From: an uncultured Anaerolineaceae bacterium
GTDB lineage: Bacteria; Chloroflexota; Anaerolineae; Anaerolineales; E44-bin32
Length of the DNA stretch: 64,000 nucleotides
Direction: 5' to 3'
Assembly (NCBI GenBank): GCA_964475265.1
Contig: CAYYVY010000001.1
Location: forward strand, 21,390 to 85,389
Position numbers and translations under genes: made by a program. The notes below the pieces were generated by a model. The model was not told the origin of the DNA. It saw nothing but the letters and a program-made list of their open reading frames with translations, and made no database searches. Shown piece after piece: positions 36,876-46,872 of the stretch. Position 1 is the first letter of the stretch. Every line of letters begins with the position of its first letter.

Positions 36876-37447
36876 GCCTTGAAGAACAGCATCCCTACAC
36901 CCAAGTGTTTTAAGCCTTCTTCGGCCCAATATGTGACCAATGGTGAGGGATCGTCCAGGGCGGTGAAGAGCGCGGGTATCGTTTGGGGGTCGTGAATTAA
37001 CGCTAATGCTCTTGCCGCCTCGATACGCACGTGTGTATCTTCGGATTCCATCGCCTCGATCAACGCTGGTGCAGCCAGGCTGCCGATCGCTGCCAGCGCA
37101 TCGCCGGAAAGGCGAGCGAAAAGGCAATCGGAGTCCTGCAAAGAATCGATCAAAATCGGAATGGCCTGTGTTGAAGGTCGTTCTCGAAGACTCAACGCAG
37201 CGCATTGACGCACAGCAGCTACTGGGTCTGTGAGAGCTTGGCAGATCGCCGTTCTTGCTTCCTCTTGCTCTACACCGGACAACGCTCGCACGGCCCACCA
37301 GCGGTGATCGGGATTCCTGGCTTCGAGGAGTACTAGCAACGGACTGACGTCCGTGTCGCTCCATGCGGCGATTTGCTGTGCGGCAGCTTCCGCTCGCTCA
37401 TCGTCGTCCGAAATCAAATCGTTGATAACGGCGTCTAGACCACGCAT
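36872..37447 (-). CDS. HEAT-repeat protein
   Basis: Repeated DxxxxVRxxAAxAL-type units: DPVAAVRQCAALSL, DTHVRIEAARALA, NPDHRWWAVRAL. Confidence 0.7.
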   Translation of the reverse strand: MRGLDAVINDLISDDDERAEAAAQQIAAWSDTDVSPLLVLLEARNPDHRWWAVRALSGVEQEEARTAICQALTDPVAAVRQCAALSLRERPSTQAIPILIDSLQDSDCLFARLSGDALAAIGSLAAPALIEAMESEDTHVRIEAARALALIHDPQTIPALFTALDDPSPLVTYWAEEGLKHLGVGMLFFKA

Positions 37448-37512
37448 ACGCTTGGGATCGTGTTAGGTCCACAATAAATACTAGAAGGGATTTGTGTACC
37501 TTAACGTCTCGT

Positions 37513-37737
37513 TTAGTCCCCCGGAGGGGGAATGGGGAGATCTTCGATTGCCGTTTCGGCCCATTGATCGCCCTCGTCGATGAGCATCACCGGGATGTCG
37601 TCCTTGATGGGGTACTTGCGGTTGCAGCCTGGCTCCTGGCACACCAACCAGACGTCTTTCACCAGCTTTAAATTGCCTTCTTTCTCACGAACGCAAGCCG
37701 GGCAGCGCAAAATTTCCAGCAAATCTTGGTTGATCAT
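37513..37737 (-). CDS. Trm112/YbaR-family small protein
   Basis: LLEILRCPAC ... C..PGCNRKYPIKDDIPVMLIDE. Confidence 0.8.
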   Translation of the reverse strand: MINQDLLEILRCPACVREKEGNLKLVKDVWLVCQEPGCNRKYPIKDDIPVMLIDEGDQWAETAIEDLPIPPPGD

Positions 37738-37799
37738 GTCGCTCTCCTAAGCGCCCCGATTGTACCATCGGTGGGAGATCGAAGACGAATGGAAAACGG

Positions 37800-39650
37800 T
37801 CAATCGTCCTCGTCCTCAACGATAACGTCCTTCGGGAGCTTGGTCCCGGGGCCGTATTCGTAAATAGCTTGCCAGGGCAAGTAGCGCGTGCGTATGCTGT
37901 CCTGGTAGAGCACCTCCCCATTCCTGGTCACAGTGCGGTACACCACCACCGTCATGCCGTCGGCGCTCCAATCGATCTGCTTGATCTCTCCTTTATCGAG
38001 ATTCTTGTTCAACTTATAGAGGTCTTTCGGAGCTTCGATTTCGTCCGAAATGTCGCGGCTCCAACTTACCTCGCGTCCGTCCGACGTCGAGTAAAACTTC
38101 CATTGCAGTTGATTGTTGTTGTAGATGTATGTTTCGAGCAGGAGCCAGTATTGTGAATCGTTGGTGAATTTGAAATCGACCACGGGCACGAAAACGGTTG
38201 CGTCCAGACCCGGTCCGGGAGAGGTCGATCCGATTTCATAGTAGCCCACGCGGTAGGCATGGGGATGTCGTTCGACGATGGGATAACCGCCGAAGAAGAC
38301 TGCGCGGAACAAGGTCGTGCTTACCTGGCACACTCCGCCGCCGACTCCTTTGATCGTCCGATCTCCGTAAATAATCAACGCTTCCGCATAGCCGTTGTCC
38401 AGGCTGATGTCGCCGAGGACTTCGGCCATCGACAGAGTCTCGCCAGGCGCAATCAAGAGGCCGTGGAAGGCACTCGATGCGGTTTTGATGTTCTGGATGC
38501 GCGAGCTGCTCGACCCCGAGAAATACGTCGATTCGTCGCTGACCAGTTCGCTGATGCCCAGTTCTTCCGCGGTGACATTATCCCCGATTTGAGGATCTTC
38601 ATACACGAAAACGAGCGGCGACTCGTGTTTTCCAAGATTGATGTCCGTGTGGATGGAAGTCAGGGATGCATTCACATCGAGCGTGCGGCCCGTGACCGCT
38701 GGAGCGATCAAATCGAGTTCGTGGGTGTCGTCGTTGAAAATGAAACGTGCATTTTCCGGGTCGCGATCAAGCTCAGGAATGAGGGGATCGAGAAAGGCCG
38801 TGATTTCGCCCCCATCGAGCATTAACGTATAGGCCGCCGAATCCTCGACTTCGACGATTTCGAAGCGAAGCATATCTGCCAGTTCTGCCGGCTCGAACGT
38901 CCATGGCCCAGCTCCCTGCGCGGTCAGACTTAACGGTTGGCTGAGCAGTTCGTTGGCGATTTCTGCTTGGGCGGAGGCATCGAGGACTTTGGGGGGCAGT
39001 TCACTTATAACGAGTTCGAAGTCGGCGTCGTGAAAGACACGGATGGGCTCGGCAAGCGCCTCGAGTGTGGCTTCGATGTCCACTTGGCGGCCAATCTGGC
39101 CCGGGCTGGCGGTGACCTCCGTGCCCTGCACGGAAAGGCTGGCTTCGATCGTCGGCAGTTCGATCTCCTGGGAGATGCCGTTCAAGTAAAACTCCCCGAC
39201 CACGTGGTCGAACAGAATGATGGCAGGGATCTTGCGGCTTTGGCGCCATGCTCCGATCTGTTCTTCAAATTGATCGGCCAACGAACCTTCCCGTCCGACC
39301 ATCAACGCCCGGTGTGCCATTGCAGGAATGTCGATGACGACCCCGAGATCGGCCGGGCTGGCGGTCCAGGTCCTGTCTCCGTCGCGCAAAACGATCAAAC
39401 CGGTCTGGGGATAGGTGAGGACGTCTCTGAGTTCGGCTTCGATTTGTTCTTGCTTGAGCCCTCCCAGGTTGATGCCCACCGCATGGACACCCGGAAAAGC
39501 GCGGCCGATGTAGAAGAGGCGGACGGTGAGCAGGAAGGTAAAACTGCAGATGAAAAGCGCCACGCAACCCATCACGAACGCCTGGACGGCGCGCGTGAGC
39601 CAGATTCGTGCGTTATTCCTTGGTTTCGTCAGCGTCCGTAAGGATTCCAT
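37800..39650 (-). CDS. VanW-family protein with N-terminal membrane anchor
   Basis: One TM helix near the N-terminus. C-terminal VanW core GGGVCQVSTTLFRAVFFGGYPIVERHPHAYRVGYYE. Confidence 0.8.
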   Translation of the reverse strand: MESLRTLTKPRNNARIWLTRAVQAFVMGCVALFICSFTFLLTVRLFYIGRAFPGVHAVGINLGGLKQEQIEAELRDVLTYPQTGLIVLRDGDRTWTASPADLGVVIDIPAMAHRALMVGREGSLADQFEEQIGAWRQSRKIPAIILFDHVVGEFYLNGISQEIELPTIEASLSVQGTEVTASPGQIGRQVDIEATLEALAEPIRVFHDADFELVISELPPKVLDASAQAEIANELLSQPLSLTAQGAGPWTFEPAELADMLRFEIVEVEDSAAYTLMLDGGEITAFLDPLIPELDRDPENARFIFNDDTHELDLIAPAVTGRTLDVNASLTSIHTDINLGKHESPLVFVYEDPQIGDNVTAEELGISELVSDESTYFSGSSSSRIQNIKTASSAFHGLLIAPGETLSMAEVLGDISLDNGYAEALIIYGDRTIKGVGGGVCQVSTTLFRAVFFGGYPIVERHPHAYRVGYYEIGSTSPGPGLDATVFVPVVDFKFTNDSQYWLLLETYIYNNNQLQWKFYSTSDGREVSWSRDISDEIEAPKDLYKLNKNLDKGEIKQIDWSADGMTVVVYRTVTRNGEVLYQDSIRTRYLPWQAIYEYGPGTKLPKDVIVEDEDD

Positions 39651-39758
39651 AAGCGCAGCTCGTATTCAAGACAAAATTATATCATTCGGTCATGTGGCGT
39701 TTATAGCGCTGCTCATGCGGCACTCGCTTCCCGCCTGACGAGCGCGGGTTCTCTTTCA

Positions 39759-40475
39759 TTACGCTGCTGTTATACGCATGCTTGGCCGTTCAGAGGTAAG
39801 CAGATCTTTGATGGCGTCGCCACCGCAGAACGCTTCCAACAGGGACTGTAAATCCTGCAGGGCGGATTCGATTTCGGATGCCGCAGCCGCATGAAGACCT
39901 TCGACGGTGATGAGAACCTGTGATGCGCCCCGGCGTGCGGCGCTGTCGTCGCTCTGGCGCCAGCACCAGCGGCGTGCGACGACTCGTTTTTCCTGATCCG
40001 AGAAGACAACCTCTCCGGGTTCCGGGTTTTCATGTTCGGATATACCCAATGGCAAGAACAGCTCGTTTCCGTCGGCGAAGTGGACCGTGATGGGAAGTTC
40101 GAGCCGGCGCGTGTCGAAAACGGCAATCGGGAGCGCGTAGCGTATGCTGACCAGATTGGCCAGGTCGACCAGCGTGTTGATCGAAGGGATGTCGCCGTGT
40201 TTCGTCAACCGGCGCAGCAAGGCTTCGGCGGCGTTGCGGTACTGCGTGGGTTTGACGCCGAAATCCCGAAACACTTTGCGCCAGGCGGCGATGGATGCAA
40301 TTTCACTCAGTGGTGTCTCGCCGATGCGCTCGAGCGTACGCTTCTGTTCTTGCTCATAGCGGGAGAGCAGCTCGGGCGAGGTAGCATCGTTGTGCATGCC
40401 CTCCACGTGGATCACGCCGCCGACAATTTGCGGATAGCGTTCGATAATATCTGCATGATATTGAAATACGACCAT
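39759..40475 (-). CDS. B3/B4 tRNA-binding-domain protein
   Basis: From MVVFQYHADIIERYPQIVGGVIHVEGM ... WRKVFRDFGVKPTQYRNAAEALLRRL ... INTLVDLANLVSIRYALPIAVFD. The longer ORF-track start (40712) would run into the upstream gene. Confidence 0.7.
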   Translation of the reverse strand: MVVFQYHADIIERYPQIVGGVIHVEGMHNDATSPELLSRYEQEQKRTLERIGETPLSEIASIAAWRKVFRDFGVKPTQYRNAAEALLRRLTKHGDIPSINTLVDLANLVSIRYALPIAVFDTRRLELPITVHFADGNELFLPLGISEHENPEPGEVVFSDQEKRVVARRWCWRQSDDSAARRGASQVLITVEGLHAAAASEIESALQDLQSLLEAFCGGDAIKDLLTSERPSMRITAA

Positions 40476-40545
40476 GAGAACTCCCCATTTTACGTCATAC
40501 GTTGCTGCCAGTCGTGTGCTGACTGCCTCTGAACGACGAACCTGT

Positions 40546-41493
40546 CTATTGGATGAGCCACACTTCGACGCTTGTAAGGTGAATGATGCCGGGGATGTTT
40601 CCCGTGCTGGGTTCGTAGATGGTGATGTGCACCCACTGCTGAAAGTCGATCTGGTATGGCACTTCGACCGAGAAGGTTCCGAGTTGCCCGACGGCAGGCG
40701 CATCGAGTTCAACTTGCGCCGAACCTAACGAATCCCCCCTGTTGTTGACGATGTCGACGCTCAGCGGTGTGTCGGAATCGACCCAACCTGCGCCCTGAAC
40801 GAGAGCGACGCCTCCGCCTATGATTCCTCCCTCGTGAGGGCTGATGATGACCAATTTCTCGGTGCCTCGCCTGGCGGGATGGACCAAAGCAGATCCGGCC
40901 GATAACAATGTCAGGTTAACCGTCGAAATGTGCGTGGTTTGCCGGTCTCGCCAACTTTGTGTGCTGATTTCCAAGCGCGCTTCTTCCGCAACGTGGTCGA
41001 TGTTGAAGTAGATCGTTCCATTAAAACGGCCAGGATTGCCGGATAAAACATATAAGTAGCGCCAACCCCTGGAAAGTACGCTGCCATCTTCCCCGAGCAA
41101 ACGAATCAACACGCGATCGTCAAAACTCGGTCCGCCCCATCCGTTCATGCGAAAGCCATTGGTGACTTGTGATCCCGGTCCTGGCTCGTAGATGACGAGT
41201 TGTTCCAGCGGCATGTTGACGCCCGGCGGCAGAGGGGTCGGAGTCTCGAGATCTTGCAGCGACTCGATCACGATTGCGGAGGTCGTTTCGCTGAAGGGTT
41301 CCGGCGTGTCCATCGGTCCGTTGAGTGCGGTCTCTGTTGGAAGTGGAGCCGGCGTTGCGGCATCCGTCGGCGCAATCGGGACCTCGGTTTGCCCCTGCGG
41401 CAACGTCCCACATGCACTCGTAAAGAGGGATAGAAGTCCCAAGAATAAAATCGAAGGAAGAAGATAACGTTGGTGCGTGAAACCGCTGGTCAA
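40546..41493 (-). CDS. secreted protein or lipoprotein with two Gmad2-like Ig-fold repeats
   Basis: Signal peptide with a possible lipobox, LLSLFTSAC. A T/P-rich linker follows. Two repeats match the pattern ...GSQVTNGFRMNGWGG...LIRLLGEDGSVL and ...GGIIGGGVALVQGAGW...VDIVNNRGDSL. Confidence 0.5.
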   Translation of the reverse strand: MTSGFTHQRYLLPSILFLGLLSLFTSACGTLPQGQTEVPIAPTDAATPAPLPTETALNGPMDTPEPFSETTSAIVIESLQDLETPTPLPPGVNMPLEQLVIYEPGPGSQVTNGFRMNGWGGPSFDDRVLIRLLGEDGSVLSRGWRYLYVLSGNPGRFNGTIYFNIDHVAEEARLEISTQSWRDRQTTHISTVNLTLLSAGSALVHPARRGTEKLVIISPHEGGIIGGGVALVQGAGWVDSDTPLSVDIVNNRGDSLGSAQVELDAPAVGQLGTFSVEVPYQIDFQQWVHITIYEPSTGNIPGIIHLTSVEVWLIQ

Positions 41494-41670
41494 TGCAAAT
41501 ACTCCCGATTCAAGTCGGTGTATTCTAGCATCGAACTTTTATTCAAGCCTATTGCCTGCTGGGGATGTTTGATTCTCGGACGAAATCAGCGAGTTGTTTT
41601 AGCATAACCGCAGCACCTCATTCCGTCTAGGGAGCCTGGCGGCATGTATAAGTACGAGCATCGCGGAATG

Positions 41671-41712
41671 AGAGAAAATCCGGTCAGGCGCAGCTTTCGC
41701 CCTGGCCGGATT
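41671..41712 (-). terminator. probable rho-independent terminator after the M32 carboxypeptidase gene
   Basis: On the minus strand, AATCCGGCCAGG / CCTGACCGGATT (one mismatch) is followed by TTTTCTCTC. Confidence 0.5.
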
Positions 41713-41744
41713 CCCACGATTTACTAAAGTTGTGTTTCCACTGT

Positions 41745-43253
41745 TCAGTGTAGATCGTAAATTTCCCCAAACTTAGCGTTCAGATAGCGAAGATAAGCTT
41801 CAGCATCCAGACCGGAACCGGTAATTCGCTGCAGCAATTCCATCGGTTCGTACTTCGCGCCGTATTGATGGACGTTTTCCCGCAGCCATCCAAGCAAATC
41901 CGAAAACTTCGCCTTTTCGATTTGCTGTTGAAGGTCGGGGATGTCTGCCTGGATCTTTTCCCACAGCTGCGAGGCGACTAAATTACCGAGCGCATACGTG
42001 GGGAAATAGCCCAGCAGACCTTCCGACCAGTGAACGTCTTGCAGTACACCCTGGGCGTCGTCGGGTGGTGTAATGCCCAGGTATTCCTGCATTTTTATAT
42101 TCCACACTTCCGGCAGATCGGCGGCTTCGATCTCCCCCTCGAGAAGAGCAGTTTCGATTTCGAAGCGCAGCATGATGTGCAGGTTGTAGGTCGCTTCGTC
42201 GGCTTCGACACGAATGAACGAGGGTTCGACTTTGTTGATGGCACGATAAAATGAATCCAATTCGACGTTGCCCAACTGAGTGGGGAAATACTCCTGCAGC
42301 TTCGGATAGAATGCGATCCAGAATGACTTGCTGCGTCCGACGAGATTTTCCCACATGCGAGATTGAGATTCGTGAATCGACAGCGAGGCGCCGTCCGCGA
42401 GCGGCGTCCTTGAAAAACTCGGATCCACGCCCTGGCCGTACATGGCATGGCCGGCTTCATGCAGCGTGCTGAAAACGCCCGTGTTGAAAAATTCGGGATC
42501 GAAGCGTGTGGTAATGCGAACGTCCCCGACTCCGAAGTCGGTGGTGAAAGGATGTACCGTCTTATCCTGCCGGCCACGCTCGAAGTCGAATCCAAATGCT
42601 TTGATGACTTCCAAACCAAAGTCCCATTGGCGTTTTTCGTCGAACGATTGATGAACGGGCGAATCATCGACTCGATTGCTTACTTCGTTGATGGCGTGAA
42701 CCAGTTCCACCTGTTTGGGCCGCAGATTCTCGAAGACCGCTTTCACTTCGGCGGTTTTCATCCCGGGTTCGTAATCGTCCAGAAGGGGATCGTAGGGATG
42801 TTCGAAGGGGGTGAAGAACTCTGCGTATTGACGGCGCAGATCGATGATTTTCTCCAGGATCGACTGGAATTGCGAAAAATCGGCTTCCTGACGGGCTTTG
42901 GCCCAGGTCTTGTGCGCCAATGCTGTGGTGCGTCGGTATTCCGTCACCCATGATGAAGTTACTTTCTTCTCTTTGGTGTAGTCCCGGTCTGCCTTGCGCA
43001 CCAGGCGCGCCTCATCGGAAGGGGAATCCAGGTCCCCGACTTCAGCTTTGGCGGCCTCGATGGCGGCACCCATATCGTCGCTGGTGGTCAGTTCGTGGGC
43101 AAAGCGGCTGAGTGTGGCAATCTGCATGGCGCGCTCTTCTGCGCCTCCAGACGGCATGTAGGTCTGTTGGTCCCAGTGAAGGACTGCGATCGAGGAGGCG
43201 AGGTCTGCGACTTCGCCCAACAGCGTTTTCAATTGGTCGATTGGTTTTCCCAT
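41745..43253 (-). CDS. carboxypeptidase, M32 (Taq) family
   Basis: HEAGHAMY (HExxH), HESQSRMWEN, IRVEADEATYNLHI. Confidence 0.9.
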   Translation of the reverse strand: MGKPIDQLKTLLGEVADLASSIAVLHWDQQTYMPSGGAEERAMQIATLSRFAHELTTSDDMGAAIEAAKAEVGDLDSPSDEARLVRKADRDYTKEKKVTSSWVTEYRRTTALAHKTWAKARQEADFSQFQSILEKIIDLRRQYAEFFTPFEHPYDPLLDDYEPGMKTAEVKAVFENLRPKQVELVHAINEVSNRVDDSPVHQSFDEKRQWDFGLEVIKAFGFDFERGRQDKTVHPFTTDFGVGDVRITTRFDPEFFNTGVFSTLHEAGHAMYGQGVDPSFSRTPLADGASLSIHESQSRMWENLVGRSKSFWIAFYPKLQEYFPTQLGNVELDSFYRAINKVEPSFIRVEADEATYNLHIMLRFEIETALLEGEIEAADLPEVWNIKMQEYLGITPPDDAQGVLQDVHWSEGLLGYFPTYALGNLVASQLWEKIQADIPDLQQQIEKAKFSDLLGWLRENVHQYGAKYEPMELLQRITGSGLDAEAYLRYLNAKFGEIYDLH

Positions 43254-43403
43254 TTTTCCCTCATTTGTAAGAGACGGATTATGCCCCCGGTAAAACCTGA
43301 ATACAGCGATGAAGAGATTCTACCTTATTCGCCTCAGGATAGCGCTTTTTTTCAGCTTCGAACGAAAACAGGTAGCGGATTGAGGTCTTCTATATACATT
43401 CAT

Positions 43404-43853
43404 TCACCCCGAATAATGACCTTCGATCGATTTGAGTTCTGCGAGGCAGGCATCATCATCCGGATTCGGTTCATAATTTGTTGCCAACCAGGCTTCAAGA
43501 ATCTCCCTGGCCAGTGCTTCGGATAAGCGCCGCAGCGAAAGACAAAGCACGTTGGCATCGTTCCACAGGCGAGTACCGCGGGCAGTTTCGGCATCGTCGC
43601 ACAATGCGGCGCGCTCGCCGGGGACTTTATTCGCCGCGATGCTCACGCCGGTTCCCGTCCAACAAAATAGAATGCCCTCATCCGCTTCTCCTCGCGCAAC
43701 CGCTTCGGCGACGTCCCGGGCGACGGCAGGCCAGGCGGACGATTGATCCGCAAGAGACCCGAACGAGATGACTTCGTGTTTCAGCTCGCTCAAATCTTTC
43801 ACGACCGAGTCCGTTAGTGACGTGCGTTCGTCTGAACCGACGGCAATGCGCAT
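43404..43853 (-). CDS. rpiB: ribose-5-phosphate isomerase B (RpiB/LacA/LacB family)
   Basis: From MRIAVGSDERTSL ... GILFCWTGTGVSIAANKVPG. GGGAGG lies 5 nt upstream of the ATG at 43853. The 284-aa ORF-track version adds an unrelated extension. Confidence 0.85.
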   Translation of the reverse strand: MRIAVGSDERTSLTDSVVKDLSELKHEVISFGSLADQSSAWPAVARDVAEAVARGEADEGILFCWTGTGVSIAANKVPGERAALCDDAETARGTRLWNDANVLCLSLRRLSEALAREILEAWLATNYEPNPDDDACLAELKSIEGHYSG

Positions 43854-43994
43854 GATGTCCTCCCGCAGGTGTCCTTGACGATAGTTTATCAAGTTATGCC
43901 GTTCTGTGAATCGCCAGCGCACTCTATTCGGGCATACATTCTGCCCCGCAGCGTCGTTTATGGGATAATAAATGGCGTTCATGGAGGCGGACAA

Positions 43995-45278
43995 ATGGAT
44001 TTTGAAACCATTTGCGTTCTCGGATTGGGCTACATCGGATTGCCCACGGCGAGTACGTTCGCCACGCACGGCGTGCGTGTCGTTGGTGTGGATGTAAATC
44101 GGCGCGTGGTGGAGGTGCTGCATAACGGCGAAGTGCACATCCACGAACCGGGACTGCGCACCCTGGTGCAGGCTGCATTTCGATCGGGCAACCTGCGTGT
44201 GAGCGAAGCGCCGGAAGAGGCCGATGCGTTCATCATCGCCGTTCCCACGCCGATTCAAGAGGACAAGACCGCTGATTTAAATTTTGTGGTCGCCGCCAGC
44301 GAGTCGATCGTGCCGTATTTGAAAGCGGGGGACCTGGTCGTGCTGGAGTCCACTTCGCCGCCGCGCACCACGTTGGACATCGTCAAACCAATTCTCGAGC
44401 GATCCGGCCTCAATGCAGGTGTAGACTTCCATCTGGCGTATTCCGCGGAGCGGGTTTTACCGGGCAAGATCCTCTCCGAGTTGATCGAAAACGCACGTGT
44501 CATGGGCGGTATCGACCGGGCTTCGGCGGAAGCCTGCCGCGATCTGTATCGCATTTTCGTGCGCGGCGAGATCGCCCTCACGGACGCAACGACGGCCGAG
44601 ATGGTTAAGTTAATGGAAAACACGTTCCGTGACGTGAATATCGCCATTGCCAATGAGTTCGCCCGTCAGGCGGATCAATTTGGCGTCGACATCTGGGATG
44701 CGATCCGTTTCGCCAATTTACATCCGCGCATATCGATCCTCAAACCGGGTCCCGGAGTCGGCGGGCACTGCATCAGCGTGGACCCCTGGTTCCTGGTCGA
44801 AGCGGCACCGGATCACTCGCAGCTCATTCACCAGGCACGCTTGGTCAACGATTCCCAGCCCGCTTACGTTCTTGGCCTCATCGAGGCGGCTGCCGGCAGT
44901 CTACAAGGCAAGCGGATTGCGGCGCTGGGTTTGGCTTACAAGCCGGACGTCGATGACCTACGCCAGAGTCCGGCGATCGAAGTCGTGAGGTTGTTGGTCG
45001 ATTCCGGCGCGGAAGTGGTGACCTACGAGCCGTATTTGCTGGGTGCGGCGGTGGCCGGAACAGAATCGTCGCAATCCCTCGATGCGGCGCTGCAGGGCGC
45101 CGATATCGTCGTTTTACTCGTCGACCATCAGATGTTCTACGATTTAAATCCGGCGGCCGTTGCCGAACTGATGGCCGGAAAATTGGCCGTCGACACGCGC
45201 GGCATTTGGGATCGCGAAGCGTGGCGAGAGGCCGGATTCAACCTGCGGGTCATTGGAGTCGGAGCGCAGGATGGCTGA
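43995..45278 (+). CDS. wecC: UDP-N-acetyl-D-mannosamine / UDP-GlcNAc 6-dehydrogenase-family nucleotide-sugar dehydrogenase
   Basis: ICVLGLGYIGLPTA Rossmann motif; catalytic-Cys motif GPGVGGHCISVDP. GGAGG lies 7 nt upstream of the ATG at 43995. WbpA-type specificity cannot be excluded. Confidence 0.8.
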   Translation: MDFETICVLGLGYIGLPTASTFATHGVRVVGVDVNRRVVEVLHNGEVHIHEPGLRTLVQAAFRSGNLRVSEAPEEADAFIIAVPTPIQEDKTADLNFVVAASESIVPYLKAGDLVVLESTSPPRTTLDIVKPILERSGLNAGVDFHLAYSAERVLPGKILSELIENARVMGGIDRASAEACRDLYRIFVRGEIALTDATTAEMVKLMENTFRDVNIAIANEFARQADQFGVDIWDAIRFANLHPRISILKPGPGVGGHCISVDPWFLVEAAPDHSQLIHQARLVNDSQPAYVLGLIEAAAGSLQGKRIAALGLAYKPDVDDLRQSPAIEVVRLLVDSGAEVVTYEPYLLGAAVAGTESSQSLDAALQGADIVVLLVDHQMFYDLNPAAVAELMAGKLAVDTRGIWDREAWREAGFNLRVIGVGAQDG

Positions 45279-46407
45279 TCCACAACTGCGTGTGCTATCG
45301 ATCTTCGGCACGCGTCCGGAAGCGGTAAAAATGGCGCCGGTCATCGCCCGCATGGCGGATGAAGCGCAGATCGATTCGAAGGTGTGTGTCACTGCCCAGC
45401 ATCGTGAGATGCTCGATCAGGTCCTCGATCTCTTCGAGATCGAACCGGATTACGATCTGGACTTAATGCGTCCCGATCAATCGCTTCCCATGCTTACGGC
45501 GGCGATATTTACGGGTCTCGAGCCCGTGCTGCAGGAGGTAATGCCCGATTGGGTATTGCTGCAGGGTGATACTACAACGGTGATGGCCGCTTCCCTGCTT
45601 GCGTATTACCATCGTGCGAAGGTGGGCCACGTCGAGGCGGGCCTGCGCACGGGCGATAAGTGGCAGCCGTTCCCGGAAGAGATCAACCGCCGCGTGGTGA
45701 GCACCGTTACGGACTTGCACTTTGCCCCTACCGAGACTTCGCGCGCCAATCTCCTGAAGGAAGACGTGCCCGCAGAGAAGATAGTGGTCACGGGCAATCC
45801 CGTGATCGACGCGCTGCAATCCATCGTGGCGCGCGACTATGATTTCGACAGCGGTCCGCTGGCGCAAGTTCCCTGGGATCGCCGCGTGATACTCGTCACT
45901 GCGCATCGGCGGGAAAATTTCGGACGCCCCCTCGAGCAGATTTTCTCCGCGCTGCGGCACATCGCCGAACGATACGCCAATGAAGTCCATCTGCTCTATC
46001 CGCTGCATATGAATCCCAACGTGCGCGGCCCTGCCCGTCGGATGCTCGAGGGCGTGCCCAATATTTCGCTCGTCGATCCTTTGGACTATCTGCCCATGGT
46101 GCATGCGATCCAACGTGCCTATCTGGTGTTGACCGACTCGGGTGGACTGCAGGAGGAGGCTCCTGCCCTGGGAACACCGGTGCTGGTCATGCGGCGTGTC
46201 ACGGAACGACCGGAGGCGCTCGAAGCAGGTACCGCCCGTTTGGTGGGCGTCGAAACCGAGCGCATCGTCTCGGAAACGCAGCGCTTGTTGGACGATCAAG
46301 AAGCTTACGCAGAAATGGCTCGCGCGGTTAATCCCTTCGGCGACGGACATGCTGCAGAGCGGATCGTGCAAGCGTTACTGGATACTCGTAAATCATCTTC
46401 ATCTTAA
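45271..46407 (+). CDS. wecB: UDP-N-acetylglucosamine 2-epimerase (non-hydrolysing) family
   Basis: RVLSIFGTRPEAVKMAP, HVEAGLRT, DSGGLQEEAPALGTPVLVMR. It overlaps wecC by 8 nt. Confidence 0.85.
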   Translation: MADPQLRVLSIFGTRPEAVKMAPVIARMADEAQIDSKVCVTAQHREMLDQVLDLFEIEPDYDLDLMRPDQSLPMLTAAIFTGLEPVLQEVMPDWVLLQGDTTTVMAASLLAYYHRAKVGHVEAGLRTGDKWQPFPEEINRRVVSTVTDLHFAPTETSRANLLKEDVPAEKIVVTGNPVIDALQSIVARDYDFDSGPLAQVPWDRRVILVTAHRRENFGRPLEQIFSALRHIAERYANEVHLLYPLHMNPNVRGPARRMLEGVPNISLVDPLDYLPMVHAIQRAYLVLTDSGGLQEEAPALGTPVLVMRRVTERPEALEAGTARLVGVETERIVSETQRLLDDQEAYAEMARAVNPFGDGHAAERIVQALLDTRKSSSS

Positions 46408-46419
46408 CGAAAAGGAAAC

Positions 46420-46872
46420 ATGCCGCGTAAGGATTTTTATTCCACACTTGTATATGCTCGCCGACTTCCGTTGCTCGGTCGATTGGCATACTACATGCTC
46501 AAGCTGCTCGGCGTTGAAATCCCGCGCTCTGTCGAAGTGGGCGAAAATTTCCTCCTGGAACACGGTGGTTTTGGGGTCGTGATACACCCCCACACGGTGA
46601 TCGGCGATCGTGTGAAGCTGTACCCGGGTGTGACCCTCGGACGGGCGGATGTGCACCTTCCCGCCAGTGCCTCCGAGTTCAAACGCATCGTCATCGAAGA
46701 CGATGTCCTGCTGGCGCCGGGTTCGAAGGTATTGGGTAAATCCGGGGAACTGCGCGTGGCACGCGGCACGATCGTGGCGGCGAATGCCGTCTTGCTCCAA
46801 TCGACAGGCGAAGGGGAAATCTGGGCCGGTGTTCCCGCAAAGTGCATCGGCGTACGGGACGATTTGCAATGA
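46420..46872 (+). CDS. hexapeptide-repeat acetyltransferase (serine acetyltransferase-like)
   Basis: Left-handed beta-helix repeats: IHPHTVIGDRVKLYPGVTLG, VIEDDVLLAPGSKVLG, IVAANAVLL. Confidence 0.7.
   Translation: MPRKDFYSTLVYARRLPLLGRLAYYMLKLLGVEIPRSVEVGENFLLEHGGFGVVIHPHTVIGDRVKLYPGVTLGRADVHLPASASEFKRIVIEDDVLLAPGSKVLGKSGELRVARGTIVAANAVLLQSTGEGEIWAGVPAKCIGVRDDLQ

Noticed and set aside
36561-37364. 267-aa ORF overlapping the DUF456 gene (antisense) and the HEAT-repeat gene (alternate frame)
   Set aside because: It is R/S/G/P-rich and featureless, and it conflicts with two ORFs that have family-like sequence patterns.
37516-37532. TCCCCC-GGA-GGGGGA hairpin
   Set aside because: It lies inside the 3' end of the Trm112-family coding sequence (encoding PPPGD). 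It is probably a coding coincidence rather than a regulatory element.
45463-46371. 302-aa ORF antisense to the wecB-like gene
   Set aside because: It is a shadow ORF. The sense frame carries unmistakable UDP-GlcNAc 2-epimerase motifs, and the antisense product is low-complexity and R/H/G-rich.
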